A DNA stretch of 62,180 nucleotides, filler included. It is 5 parts of 5 records of this genome, joined end to end, with 100 filler letters (N's around TTAATTAATTAA, not from the genome) between each part and the next. Parts side by side here need not be neighbours in the genome. Positions count along the whole stretch, not along the records: positions 6,829 to 37,909 come from SRR31156797_27653; positions 38,010 to 49,720 come from SRR31156797_27658; 3 more parts are not named here. One strand, 5' to 3'. Made by a program: the position numbers and the translations under genes. Below are positions 34,264 to 45,100 of this stretch, piece by piece. How positions within the stretch are numbered: position 1 is the stretch's first letter; every line of letters begins with the position of its first letter. The notes beneath the pieces were generated by a model. The model had not been told where the DNA came from, did no database searches, and saw nothing but the letters and a program-made list of their open reading frames with translations.

Positions 34264-34920
34264 TCATTTAAACCGCATGCTGGCCAGGATAACCCGCTTT
34301 TCCTCACCTTTTGAACGTAGTATCCTTTTCCGGGCTTTAACATCGCAGATACCGGACATTCTTTTGAAAAATTCCATACTGGTCTTCCTGAGCCCTTCGG
34401 CGAGGATAATTTCACCTTCCGGTTTCAGATAACGCCTGAAAAGGCCTAAGAGAGGTTCGAAATATTCCTCCTTATAGACCACCTCTGAACCCAGGATCAT
34501 GTGGAAACTCCCCTCTAGAGCGGGTTTTGTCCAGTCCAGTTCAATGATTCCCGGCTCCAATGATTCAGTGGTGTGGTTGACACGCGCGTTGGCCCGTGCG
34601 AAATTAAGGGAATCCCGGTTATACTCGGTCATGGTAATCCGATGTCCGTAGCGGGCGGCGACGGTCCCCACCAGACCGATGCCGCAACCGATTTCCAGCA
34701 AATGCTTTCGGGGGTCGACCGGCATGGCCGCCATGTGATTGGCCAGGACAATGGACGCTTCCCATATTTTACTCCACAGGGGAAACTCACTGAAAACATC
34801 CTCTTTATGGAGGAATGGGTCGAGGGATTTGGGAACAAAAAACTTGAAACCCTGATCCCCGATGGCAAGGGATGAGATGTCCGTTTCATATTTCCGGTGA
34901 AAAGCCGACATGGAAAACAT
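34264..34920 (-). CDS. Methyltransf_16 (METTL21-like) SAM-dependent methyltransferase
   Basis: PLWSKIWEASIVLA, LLEIGCGIGLVG, LDW, ILGSEVVY. Confidence 0.8.
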   Translation of the reverse strand: MFSMSAFHRKYETDISSLAIGDQGFKFFVPKSLDPFLHKEDVFSEFPLWSKIWEASIVLANHMAAMPVDPRKHLLEIGCGIGLVGTVAARYGHRITMTEYNRDSLNFARANARVNHTTESLEPGIIELDWTKPALEGSFHMILGSEVVYKEEYFEPLLGLFRRYLKPEGEIILAEGLRKTSMEFFKRMSGICDVKARKRILRSKGEEKRVILASMRFK

Positions 34921-34989
34921 TGATTATATTTTTCTCCTCTAATTTTCTTGATACCGAGGCCTTAAGCAATTAGATACAGGAATTATACC

Positions 34990-35754
34990 ATGCGAATAAT
35001 CATTTTAGGTTCGGGTACCGCCATCCCCATGACAGACCGGGGATCACCCTCTCTGGCCGTCTTCGTGGACGATCACCCCATCCTGTTTGACATGGGTCCC
35101 GGGAGTCTGGGCCGGATCGCCCGCTTGGGCATGGGGCCTGAAAAAATCGAAAAAATTTTTCTCACCCACTTTCATCCGGACCACACCGCGGACCTGATCC
35201 ATTTTCTCTTTGCCTGCCGAAATCCTGGATTATTGAAAAGAAGATCCCCATTTCTGATTTCCGGCCCTGCGGGTCTTCACGATTTCATGGAAGCCCTTCA
35301 ATCCGCTTATCCTGACTGGCTCAATTTCCCGAGCAAGACCATGCAGATGGAGGAGTTATCATGTACTGAAACCACAGAGCGGGACCATGGTCATTTCCGT
35401 ATTAAAACCGCCCCCGTCCACCATACACCCCGGAGCCTGGCCTACCGGATTGAAAACAACACTGGGAAAGCCGTTGTCATCTCCGGGGACACGGGATTTT
35501 GTGATGATATCATCCTGTTGGCGAAAGGCGCGGACCTTCTGATCCTGGAAGCGGCTTTTCCCGACGACCACCCGGTGGAAGGGCACCTCACCCCGTCGTT
35601 GGCCGGCCGGATGGCCCGCCTTGCGGGGGTCAAACGACTCGTCTTAACCCATTTCTACCCGGAGTGCCTGAAAACGGACATCGCCGCCCAATGCCGAAGG
35701 ACCTGGCAGGGGGAACTCACCCTTGCGGAAGATCTCCTGCAGATCCGAATCTGA
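34990..35754 (+). CDS. Metallo-beta-lactamase fold hydrolase, RNase Z/ElaC-like
   Basis: ILGSGT, THFHPDH, SGDTG, GHLTP, LVLTHFYP. Confidence 0.85.
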   Translation: MRIIILGSGTAIPMTDRGSPSLAVFVDDHPILFDMGPGSLGRIARLGMGPEKIEKIFLTHFHPDHTADLIHFLFACRNPGLLKRRSPFLISGPAGLHDFMEALQSAYPDWLNFPSKTMQMEELSCTETTERDHGHFRIKTAPVHHTPRSLAYRIENNTGKAVVISGDTGFCDDIILLAKGADLLILEAAFPDDHPVEGHLTPSLAGRMARLAGVKRLVLTHFYPECLKTDIAAQCRRTWQGELTLAEDLLQIRI

Positions 35755-35775
35755 GGGGAATGGCAAACCGGTTTC

Positions 35776-36798
35776 TCAGTAGGTCCGGTGAATAATATAT
35801 TGAACAAGTGTGAGCAGGTTTTCCTTAACGGCCGAATCCGGAAAACGACTCAGGCACTTGGCCGCATCGTCCACATACCCCTGGGCTTCCGCTCTGATAT
35901 GTTCCAGAACCCCGCTCCCTCTTACCCGATTCAGTAGTTCCTGGTAGGCCGCTTTGTCCGTTGTGCGCTTCTTAAACAGGGCCCCGAATTTCTGTTTCTC
36001 ATCCTGTTCAAGCTCAGCGAGAGTATAGATGAGCGGAAGCGTTATTTTTCCTTCCAGCAGGTCTTTACCCACCGGTTTTCCGAAAACTTCTTCCGAAGAA
36101 GTATAGTCCAGCAAATCGTCCACCAGCTGAAAGGCGATTCCCACGGACCGGCCGAACCGCATCAGATCGCGTTCCACCTCCTCATCGGCACCGGAAATGA
36201 TGGCACCGCCGCCACAGGCCGCCGAAATGAGAATGGCGGTTTTTGCGGTGATGATTTGCATATAATTATCCCTACGGGTTTCCAGATCTTCCGTGTGAAC
36301 CAGTTCCAGTATCTGACCTTCCGACATGCGCATGGTGGCTTCGGTGAGTCTTGAAATAAATGGGATGGAGTTCGCTGAAACCGCAATGGACAAAGATTTG
36401 GAAAAGAGAAAATCGCCCTCTAAAACCGCCGCCTGGTTCCCCCATATCTGATTGGATGAGGGCTTCCGCCGTCTGATCTCGGCGTTATCCAAAACATCGT
36501 CGTGAAGAAGGGACGATGTGTGAATATATTCAAAAACCGTCGAAAGGGGATATAAATCTTCACCCTGGTAACCACATAATTGGCAGGAAAGGATAAAGAT
36601 GAGCGGCCTGAGCCTTTTTCCCTGCCCCAACATGGCATATTTTCCGATTTCTTCAACCAGAGGCACCCGGGAACCAAAAACCTTGTTCAGCTCTTGGTTT
36701 ATTTTTTCAAAATGGTCTTCGAACAGCGCAAGATTTGGTATTTCCGCATTCATCGTTAACGTTTGAACTTCCTTTCCCATTGTAATCTTCGATTCCAC
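35776..36798 (-). CDS. Polyprenyl (octaprenyl-like) diphosphate synthase
   Basis: GKRLRP, SLLHDDVLD, AKTA, AFQLVDDLLD, GKDLLEGKITLP. Confidence 0.93.
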   Translation of the reverse strand: MESKITMGKEVQTLTMNAEIPNLALFEDHFEKINQELNKVFGSRVPLVEEIGKYAMLGQGKRLRPLIFILSCQLCGYQGEDLYPLSTVFEYIHTSSLLHDDVLDNAEIRRRKPSSNQIWGNQAAVLEGDFLFSKSLSIAVSANSIPFISRLTEATMRMSEGQILELVHTEDLETRRDNYMQIITAKTAILISAACGGGAIISGADEEVERDLMRFGRSVGIAFQLVDDLLDYTSSEEVFGKPVGKDLLEGKITLPLIYTLAELEQDEKQKFGALFKKRTTDKAAYQELLNRVRGSGVLEHIRAEAQGYVDDAAKCLSRFPDSAVKENLLTLVQYIIHRTY

Positions 36799-36985
36799 CC
36801 CTGAGCACTCCTGATAATTTTCAGTGCTTCACGCGGCTAACTTTTTATAATAGATCACCTCTTAAAATTTTACAACTCATTTTCACCGGGATGGATAAGG
36901 AGATCCCCTGTTTGATGGCGCCCATTGGAAAAAAAATTGGAATGAGTTTCATAATCCGGAGCCATATCCCATCACAGGGAATGTG

Positions 36986-37183
36986 TCAATGTTCCAATTG
37001 ATACAGCGTCATAATTCCATCATCCGTCAGGTTCATTGACATAACGCAGTCATTTCTGGTTTTATCGGTAGGCATATTTTTCCGATCATCCACTTTCAAA
37101 GCCCCTGATTGCCTTTCCAGGCTTACGTATTCATCTTCGTAAAGAGCATCCAGTTCAATTCTCGTATTTTTCTTGTTGTTCAA
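36986..37183 (-). CDS. Small hypothetical protein
   Basis: 65-aa ORF in an otherwise empty intergenic space; no recognisable motif. Confidence 0.3.
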   Translation of the reverse strand: MNNKKNTRIELDALYEDEYVSLERQSGALKVDDRKNMPTDKTRNDCVMSMNLTDDGIMTLYQLEH

Positions 37184-37506
37184 ACAACGGGGTCCACTTC
37201 ATTCTCAATTCCGGGCTGGCGCCTGTCTGAAAAATGACATAAACCGTTTATTTCAATGAATAATTATACACACGCACTTGCAAACTGAGCCTGACGCTTT
37301 AGATTTCACGTACTCCTACAATCAGAACCAGTCCGGATTGAACCGGTGATTGTCATGGAGGCCAAAAAGGACTTCAAGACTGCCAATATGCCGGGTCCCG
37401 GTACTTTTGTAAGGGCAGTCTGTTTCAATGGAAGCCCATAGAGGCGCCCTGGTTCTAATATTTTTCTCGATAGTCAACAACCCTTTCATCAAAGTGAGTA
37501 ATTTGC

Positions 37507-37909
37507 ATGGCAAGAATTCTGATTGTAGAACACGATAGATTAACAAGGTTTGAAATTGAAGGGATGCTCATGGGTCTGGGTTATGAAGTGGCCGGGCAAG
37601 CGGAAACATGCGCCCAAGCAATTGCTCATATCCCGGACCTGAAGCCTGACCTTATTCTTATGAATGCCATGATGCCCGGCAACCCGAACGGCATCGAGGC
37701 GGCCATGAAGATCCGGAAGGAATGGAACATTCCTGCCATATTCATATGCGGATACGACGATCAGGAGATCATTGGAAAGGCAAAGAAGATCGCGCGTTTC
37801 GGCTATCTCATGAAACCCTTTGATTTAACTGAAGTCAAATCGCTGATTGAAATCGCCTTTTATAAGAGCAAAGTCGAGAGGAAGTTTGAACGGGTAAATA
37901 GACGATTAT
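37507..37909 (+). CDS. Receiver-domain protein with degenerate phospho-acceptor site (truncated at contig end)
   Basis: ARILIVEHD...PDLILMNAMMPG...GIEAA...GYLMKPF. Confidence 0.75.
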
Positions 37910-38009
37910 NNNNNNNNNNNNNNNNNNNNNNNNNNNNNNNNNNNNNNNNNNNNTTAATTAATTAANNNNNNNNNNNNNNNNNNNNNNNNNNNNNNNNNNN
38001 NNNNNNNNN
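37910..38009. other. Artificial contig linker
   Basis: N44-TTAATTAATTAA-N44. Confidence 0.97.
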
Positions 38010-38041
38010 AAAGATCACCTATACAAACATGGAGCTGGACA

Positions 38042-38617
38042 ATGATCAAAAAAACATTAACACTTAATTATGGCGGCAGTTTTGACGGGCATGTGCTAGA
38101 CCTGATGATATCTGAGGAAGAGATACAGGAAAGGATCCGGAGCCTGGGTAGAAAGATCACCGCCGATTATAAGAAGAAGAAAAAACCGCCCATTATGATA
38201 GGTGTGTTGAATGGCAGTTTTTATTTCATGGCAGATTTGCTGCGGGCAATGAACATGGAAGCGGAAATGGATTTTATTAAGATATCCTCATACGTTAAAA
38301 CCGGTTCAACCGGTACGATCAGATTGATCAAAGATATTTCAGCCGATATTACCGATCGTGATATCATTCTTGTTGAAGATATTGTCGATACCGGCTTGTC
38401 GATCAACTTCCTAAGGCGCCATTTTGAAAACTCTTCTCCAGCATCTGTTCGTGTAGCTACCCTGCTGTTTAAAAAAGAGATCACGAAGGTAGAGGTAGAG
38501 CCTGAGTATGTAGGTTTTGATATCGAAGACAAATTTGTTGTCGGCTATGGTTTGGATATTGAACAACAATACCGAAGGCTGAAAGATATTTTTGCAATGT
38601 CGGTTGAGAAAAACTAA
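38042..38617 (+). CDS. hpt: Hypoxanthine phosphoribosyltransferase
   Basis: IGVLNGSFYFMADL, ILVEDIVDTGL, FVVGYGLD. Confidence 0.95.
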   Translation: MIKKTLTLNYGGSFDGHVLDLMISEEEIQERIRSLGRKITADYKKKKKPPIMIGVLNGSFYFMADLLRAMNMEAEMDFIKISSYVKTGSTGTIRLIKDISADITDRDIILVEDIVDTGLSINFLRRHFENSSPASVRVATLLFKKEITKVEVEPEYVGFDIEDKFVVGYGLDIEQQYRRLKDIFAMSVEKN

Positions 38618-38676
38618 TAAAATGGAACATAATCTCGGGATAATATAGTATATTAATAGGATATAAAGGAGATTAC

Positions 38677-40629
38677 ATGTTCAAGCGTTTTTATAATAGT
38701 CCCGATGGAAATCCCGACAAGAATCAAAAACCCAAACCACCATCAGGTGGCGGTCCTGATTTTAAAGGACCTGTAAAAGTACCAAGAACACCATTGATAT
38801 GGATCGGTTTGGTTATTGTTATGCTTATTTTGGCACAGGTTTTCGGCACAGCCGGGAATCAAGGCGAATACAAGCTGAAATATTCCGAATTCAACGAGTA
38901 CTTGCAGGAAGAACGGATCATGAATGGTGTGCTGGAGGGCAATACGCTTTCCGGAGATTTTAGCTCACCCGAAATGATCAATGATAAGGAATATCTGCGT
39001 TATCGGGTTACCATTCTTCATTTGGATACCGAATTATTGGATCAATGGGATGAAGCAGGACTCGAGTATGAATTTGTTGAACCCACGATTGGGTTTCAAG
39101 AAATATTGTTCAATACTTTGCCCTGGTTGCTGATCATTGTTGTATGGATCGTTCTAATGCGACGTATGTCCGGAAACCGCGGTGGCGGTCAAGGCGGCGG
39201 AGGGGGTATATTCTCATTTGGCAATCAGAACCCCGCAAAGAAATTCAATCCGGAAAGCTCAAAGATCACATTCAATGATGTTTCCGGTTGCAGTGAAGCG
39301 AAACAAGAACTTGAAGAGATCATCGATTTCCTTAAAAGCCCTGAAAAATTCCAGCGCTTAGGTGGAAAGATCCCTCGTGGCGCACTTTTATTGGGTCCTC
39401 CCGGAACCGGTAAAACATTATTGGCAAAAGCTGTTGCAGGTGAAGCCAAGGTGCCTTTTTATAGTATTTCCGGTGCGGATTTTGTTGAAATGTTCGTTGG
39501 TGTCGGCGCAAGTCGAGTAAGAGGATTGTTTGAACAAGCACTGAAAAATTCACCCGCTATTGTTTTTATTGACGAGATCGATGCTGTTGGACGCCAGAGA
39601 GGTGCCGGGTTGGGCGGAGGCCATGACGAACGTGAACAAACGCTGAATCAGCTATTGGTGCAGATGGATGGTTTTAACTCGGACGCTTCTGTGATCGTGA
39701 TCGCAGCAACGAACCGGCCTGATATTCTGGATTCTGCATTGCTTCGTCCGGGTAGGTTCGATCGCCAGATCGTAGTCGATATTCCGGATGCCAAAGGCCG
39801 TGAAGGTATTTTAAAAGTTCATGCAAAAAATATCAAGATGTCACCGAAAGTTGAACTTAAGACACTTGCTAAAGGTACGCCGGGTATGGTCGGTGCAGAT
39901 TTGGCAAACCTTGTAAATGAAGCAGCTTTACTGGCAGCCAGAAAAAATCATAAAACCGTTACAATGAAAGACCTTGAAGAAGCTAAAGATAAGGTCATGA
40001 TGGGAACCGAAAGAAAATCAATGATCCTTAGTGAGAACGATCGCAAGATCACAGCTATCCATGAGGCAGGCCACGCCTTGATCGGATTACTGTTAAAAGA
40101 TTCTGATCCGGTTCATAAGGTAAGTATTATTCCCCGTGGAAGGGCTTTGGGTGTAACCCACATGCTTCCCGAGGTTGACAAGTACAATTACAGTAAAAAA
40201 TACATTCTTGCCCAGCTTAAGGTTATGATGGGCGGCCGCGTTGCTGAAGAATTGGCAAATGAAGATATTACAACCGGCGCAAGCAATGATATTGAACGCG
40301 CAACGGATATGGCCCGCAGAATGGTTTGCGAATGGGGCATGAGCGATGAGCTTGGTGTGGCAACCTATGGCAGTAAGACACATCAGGTATTTATTGGTCG
40401 CGATCTCGGCTCAACAAAAGATTATTCCGAAGCAACAGCACAGAAGATCGACCAGGAAGTCCGTAAGATCATCAGTGAATCATACGATAAAGCCAAAGTG
40501 CTTCTAAAAGAACATTTTTCGGCATTGCAAGCTATTGCAGATGCTTTGCTTGATAAAGAAACCTTGGACAGAGATCAGCTGGAAAAGGTTGCTAAAGATG
40601 CCGGTATTGAAATAAGCGAATCAAATTGA
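38677..40629 (+). CDS. ftsH: ATP-dependent zinc metalloprotease FtsH
   Basis: Two TMs; [23 protein letters not shown]. Confidence 0.98.
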   Translation: MFKRFYNSPDGNPDKNQKPKPPSGGGPDFKGPVKVPRTPLIWIGLVIVMLILAQVFGTAGNQGEYKLKYSEFNEYLQEERIMNGVLEGNTLSGDFSSPEMINDKEYLRYRVTILHLDTELLDQWDEAGLEYEFVEPTIGFQEILFNTLPWLLIIVVWIVLMRRMSGNRGGGQGGGGGIFSFGNQNPAKKFNPESSKITFNDVSGCSEAKQELEEIIDFLKSPEKFQRLGGKIPRGALLLGPPGTGKTLLAKAVAGEAKVPFYSISGADFVEMFVGVGASRVRGLFEQALKNSPAIVFIDEIDAVGRQRGAGLGGGHDEREQTLNQLLVQMDGFNSDASVIVIAATNRPDILDSALLRPGRFDRQIVVDIPDAKGREGILKVHAKNIKMSPKVELKTLAKGTPGMVGADLANLVNEAALLAARKNHKTVTMKDLEEAKDKVMMGTERKSMILSENDRKITAIHEAGHALIGLLLKDSDPVHKVSIIPRGRALGVTHMLPEVDKYNYSKKYILAQLKVMMGGRVAEELANEDITTGASNDIERATDMARRMVCEWGMSDELGVATYGSKTHQVFIGRDLGSTKDYSEATAQKIDQEVRKIISESYDKAKVLLKEHFSALQAIADALLDKETLDRDQLEKVAKDAGIEISESN

Positions 40630-40653
40630 TCTTTGAAAAATAATGGTGGACCG

Positions 40654-41439
40654 ATGGAAACCCGTATCATGGGCATATTAAATGTAACCCCCGATTCTTT
40701 TAGTGACGGAGGTAAATTCAGGGCACTACCTGAAGCATTGGCCCATGCCGAAAAAATGATCGCCGAAGGCGCGGACATTATCGATATTGGTGGAGAGTCG
40801 ACCCGGCCGGGATCGGATCCCGTTTCACTGCAAGAAGAAATGGATCGCGTACTACCGGTGGTTGAGCATTTGGTAAACATGAATGCGGAAGTATCGGTAG
40901 ACACAACAAAATCCGAATTAGCACTAGAAGCACTGAAAATGGGTGCGGATATCATTAATGATGTATCGGGACTGCAAAATGATCTGAAACTTGCAGAATA
41001 TGTAGCCGAATTTAATGCGCAATTGATTATTATGCACATGAGAGGCACTCCCAAATCCATGCAGAACGAAGCATTTTCGGATGACATCGTTCACGATCTA
41101 AAGGCCTTTTTTAAAGAAAGGGTTGATCTTGCACTAAGCATGGGTGTTGAAAAAAACAAGATCATTCTTGATCCCGGAATAGGTTTTGGCAAAAGTCTTG
41201 AAAATAACATTGACATTTTAAATAATATTAAAGAATATAAATACTTGGGGCTTCCTGTTCTGATCGGAGCTTCAAGAAAAACCATGATCGGCATGATCAC
41301 GGGTGCAGAAATCGATGACAGGCTTGCCGGCTCTTTGGCCATTGCTTGTGTTGCCGCTCAACGGGGAGCGGATATTCTAAGAGTTCATGATGTGGCTGAA
41401 ACCGTTCAGGCACTGAAGGTAATAGAAAGAATATGGTAG
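40654..41439 (+). CDS. folP: Dihydropteroate synthase
   Basis: MGILNVTPDSFSDGG, DIGGESTRPG, DPGIGFGK, SRK, LRVHDV. Confidence 0.97.
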   Translation: METRIMGILNVTPDSFSDGGKFRALPEALAHAEKMIAEGADIIDIGGESTRPGSDPVSLQEEMDRVLPVVEHLVNMNAEVSVDTTKSELALEALKMGADIINDVSGLQNDLKLAEYVAEFNAQLIIMHMRGTPKSMQNEAFSDDIVHDLKAFFKERVDLALSMGVEKNKIILDPGIGFGKSLENNIDILNNIKEYKYLGLPVLIGASRKTMIGMITGAEIDDRLAGSLAIACVAAQRGADILRVHDVAETVQALKVIERIW

Positions 41440-42197
41440 AATTGTTCAATATTGGAGTTATCTCCGTTACCTTGCTTGATATTATCGATATCATTGTCGT
41501 TGGTTTTGTGTTTTATGGAGCTTTTCTTCTTTTTAGGAACACTCGCGCCAGTCAGATGCTTTATGGTATGATAGCCATAGCCCTTCTTGGATTTGTGGCT
41601 CACTTGCTTGATTTTAGGGCTACCGCCTGGTTATTTGAAAGACTGGCAACGGTATGGGTGATCCTGTTTATCATTCTATTTCAGCCTGAATTAAGAAGGA
41701 TACTATTATATATTGGTCAAAATCCTTTATTGCGTTGGTTGTCCAGATCGGATAATACGAAGACAGAAGAGATCATTCATTCCGCTTTTGAACTTAAGAA
41801 GGCCGGCCTAGGAGCCTTGATGGTGGTTATCAGGGATTCGGTCTTAAAATCGATCGTAGAGCGCGGAGTAAAGGTAAATGCGATCATTAATCACGATTTG
41901 ATATTATCGATCTTTAATACATCATCGCCCTTACACGATGGTGCTATTATTATACATGAAGATACAATACTTGCGGCAAAATGTATTTTGCCTTTAAGTG
42001 AGAATATAGAACTTGATCCCACGATCGGTACACGGCATCTTGCCGGTCTTGGAATGTCCGAAGAAAGTGATGCCATGGTGATCATTGTATCGGAAGAACG
42101 TGGAAAAATATCGATCGCCAAACAAGGTAAATTATATCGGGATGTCAATGAAGACGAATTACGAACAGAATTGTACACATATTTGTCGAATCGTTAG
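41433..42197 (+). CDS. cdaA: Diadenylate cyclase CdaA/DacA
   Basis: Three TMs; ILFQPELRR, SPLHDGA, GTRHLAG, IIVSEERG. Confidence 0.92.
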   Translation: MVELFNIGVISVTLLDIIDIIVVGFVFYGAFLLFRNTRASQMLYGMIAIALLGFVAHLLDFRATAWLFERLATVWVILFIILFQPELRRILLYIGQNPLLRWLSRSDNTKTEEIIHSAFELKKAGLGALMVVIRDSVLKSIVERGVKVNAIINHDLILSIFNTSSPLHDGAIIIHEDTILAAKCILPLSENIELDPTIGTRHLAGLGMSEESDAMVIIVSEERGKISIAKQGKLYRDVNEDELRTELYTYLSNR

Positions 42198-45100
42198 AAA
42201 TCTGATTCTTTTAACGCTTCTGCTGTTCTCTTCTCTGTTTTCTGTCGAATGGAAAATTGAGGAAGCACCCTCTGTTTTTACATATAAATGGGAAATGAGC
42301 CCGGAGGACCTTACTGAATTTACCAAAACGGGAAGAATTAATGAGTCAGGTATTGCGGGAAGCATTTATCATGAAGGTCGCTATTATCCGGTATATACAG
42401 TCTTGATCGAAAACGCCATTGAAAATGTCACTTACAGCATTAATAATAAAGAAGTAATTGAATTAAACATTAACTCCTTGATCGGAGAAAACAATACTTC
42501 TGATATCTTGAATACGATTCCCGGTCATATGCCCCTTGATAATAATGATAATATAGATTCACCTGAAGATGTTCTGCTCCAAAATAGAGAGTTTATAAAC
42601 ACTACCTCAATTGATGAATTTAACCCGAATGCTCTAAACGATTTTATTAATCTAAATGAAGTACCGGGTGTCGGCACGCTGGTTGAGATCATGCCCTGCC
42701 TGCCTGATAATAATGGAGATGTAAAATGTCTTACCCGGGCAGATATACAATTAATTTCAACAAATTCCATAGCACTTAAGAAATCAGATCTGATAAAAGA
42801 TAAAATAAGTTTTTCAAAAACCACATCATTGAAAACTGATTTACCCGAAGAATATTGTGCCTTATACATTAGAGAGCCGGGTGTATATCAAGTAAGCGGA
42901 CAGGATCTTGCCGATCTTGAAATAGATATTCGATATATTAACCCGGATAACCTTAAACTTTATTGGTGGGGTGAAGAATTACCTTGTCGTATAACAAGCA
43001 CATATGAATCCGGTCAAGAAACTTTCCAGCATCATGATGTAATACAATTTTATATTCCCCAAAAGAAAAATCCATATGGTACTTATAGATTTAATCCCTT
43101 TTCCGTTTATGATGTGATCCAACTTTATTGGAATGAAGGCGACGGGCTTAGATATGTTCAGGAAAACAGTGAAATCGATGCTTCGATCGGGTCTGATGGC
43201 AAGTTTATGCCTGAAGATAACAGAACATTCAGGAGCAAAATTCACATAGAAGAAAACCATACGTATCAACAATTAGCCAGATTGCATGAAGACGAATTGT
43301 CTCATAAATATGAACACACTTTCTTTACTCCCTCGGTCAGGATCGGTAGGAGCGTGTCTTTTCCTTTCGAACTATGGGATCCTGTCGTTGATTCTCCCTT
43401 TAATGTAGATTTCACGCTTAGAATGCAAGGGTTGACGTACTCCGTTGATGATGAAATGGATCACCAAATATTGGTTTCAGTAAATAATCAATATTTGCTG
43501 GAGGACGAATGGGACGGACAGGTGCCGAAAATATCAACAAATTATGATATGCAATATAACCATGAAAATCTAATTCATGGCGAAAACGAAATAGAAATAT
43601 CAGTAAAGGGTTTTGAAAGTAACCCCTATTTAGATGATCAAGTCCTCTTTGATTGGTTGGAAGTCGATTATGAACGCTATATGATCGTTCATAATAATCG
43701 ATTAAATTTTTCCCCACAGCATGGCCCCGGGATCTATATGTTTGAGGTCAAGGGATTAACATCGGCAACAGATATCTTGATACTGAAAAATGAGACGAAC
43801 TGGATCCGCGGATACTACGTTGAACAGGATGAGAATTCCGAGGGCGAGATTTCATATAATGTTTATTTTGAAGATGAGTGTGATGGCACGGAAGTCTATC
43901 AGGTGGCCGGACCGGGAATGGACGAAATTGCAGGATTCGGGATCGAGAGCATTGATTCTATCCGTTATGTAAATACTCTGGAAAATGATCAATATAATAC
44001 AGCTGAACAAGGCGATTATGTTATTATAACTCATAAGGATTTCTATGAGAAATCTTTAGAGCTTGTAGAGCATAAAACCAGTATGGGCTTTAGGCCGGTT
44101 GTATATGAATTGGAACGAATTTATGATGAGTATAACGGCGGAAATGAAAGCCCCTATGCTATAAAAGCTTTTTTGACAGATATATATTCAAATTGGTCGA
44201 TCACACCAAAATATGTTCTGTTTATAGGTGACACCGGTACAGAAAATCCATTGCCGACCATCTGGTATCAATCTACCGGCGCAATTGGGGCGATCATTGC
44301 TGAAAACTGGTTTGTTGATGTTGATGATGACTTCGTTATTGAAATGGCTTTAGGTCGTTTGCCGGTTTCAACCGAAGAAGAGTTGGACAGTATAATTTCA
44401 AAGATCAAGGTCTTTGATCAAATGCCCAATTCTAAACAAAGAAACAGAATGGCGCTGATATCAGGTCCCGAAAGCATTTTTAAAACACAAATACAAAATT
44501 ATTTAAACAGTGTTTCTCCAGATCATGTTCAAACAGATCGTTTATATTTATATGATTCACATTTAACGGGCGATTTTGATGCCGGCATACATGCAACCGA
44601 CACACTACTTAAATTTATCAATGACGGTGTGTTCTGCATAAACTATATAGGTCATGGCGGTGGTTATACCTGGGATAACTATGTTCTACCCTATGAGACA
44701 TTTGATGAGTTTACGCCCGACAGGCCGACCATCGTGAATTCATTGACCTGTTTTACCAATACGTTTTCTAATGATAATGCTCTAGGTGAGATGTTTGTTC
44801 GCCACCCCAGGGGCAGTGTGTCTGTCTTATCTTCAACAGGATACGGTTGGATCAACTCCAACTATTTTATATATGAAAAACTAATGGAGCATATGTTCAA
44901 AGACGGCATGTCTCACGGACAAGCTTTTCAGTTTACCTTGACAGATTATTTTTTCTCAACATTTGGCAGGAATGCGAATTTCATAGATTATGTTGACGGC
45001 AGGGTTGTGTACAAATATTTTAGAAAAACACTATTCTATCAGATGTGTATATTGGGTGATCCATCGGCAACTTTCCCGGTTAATCTTCCGGGGGAGATCG

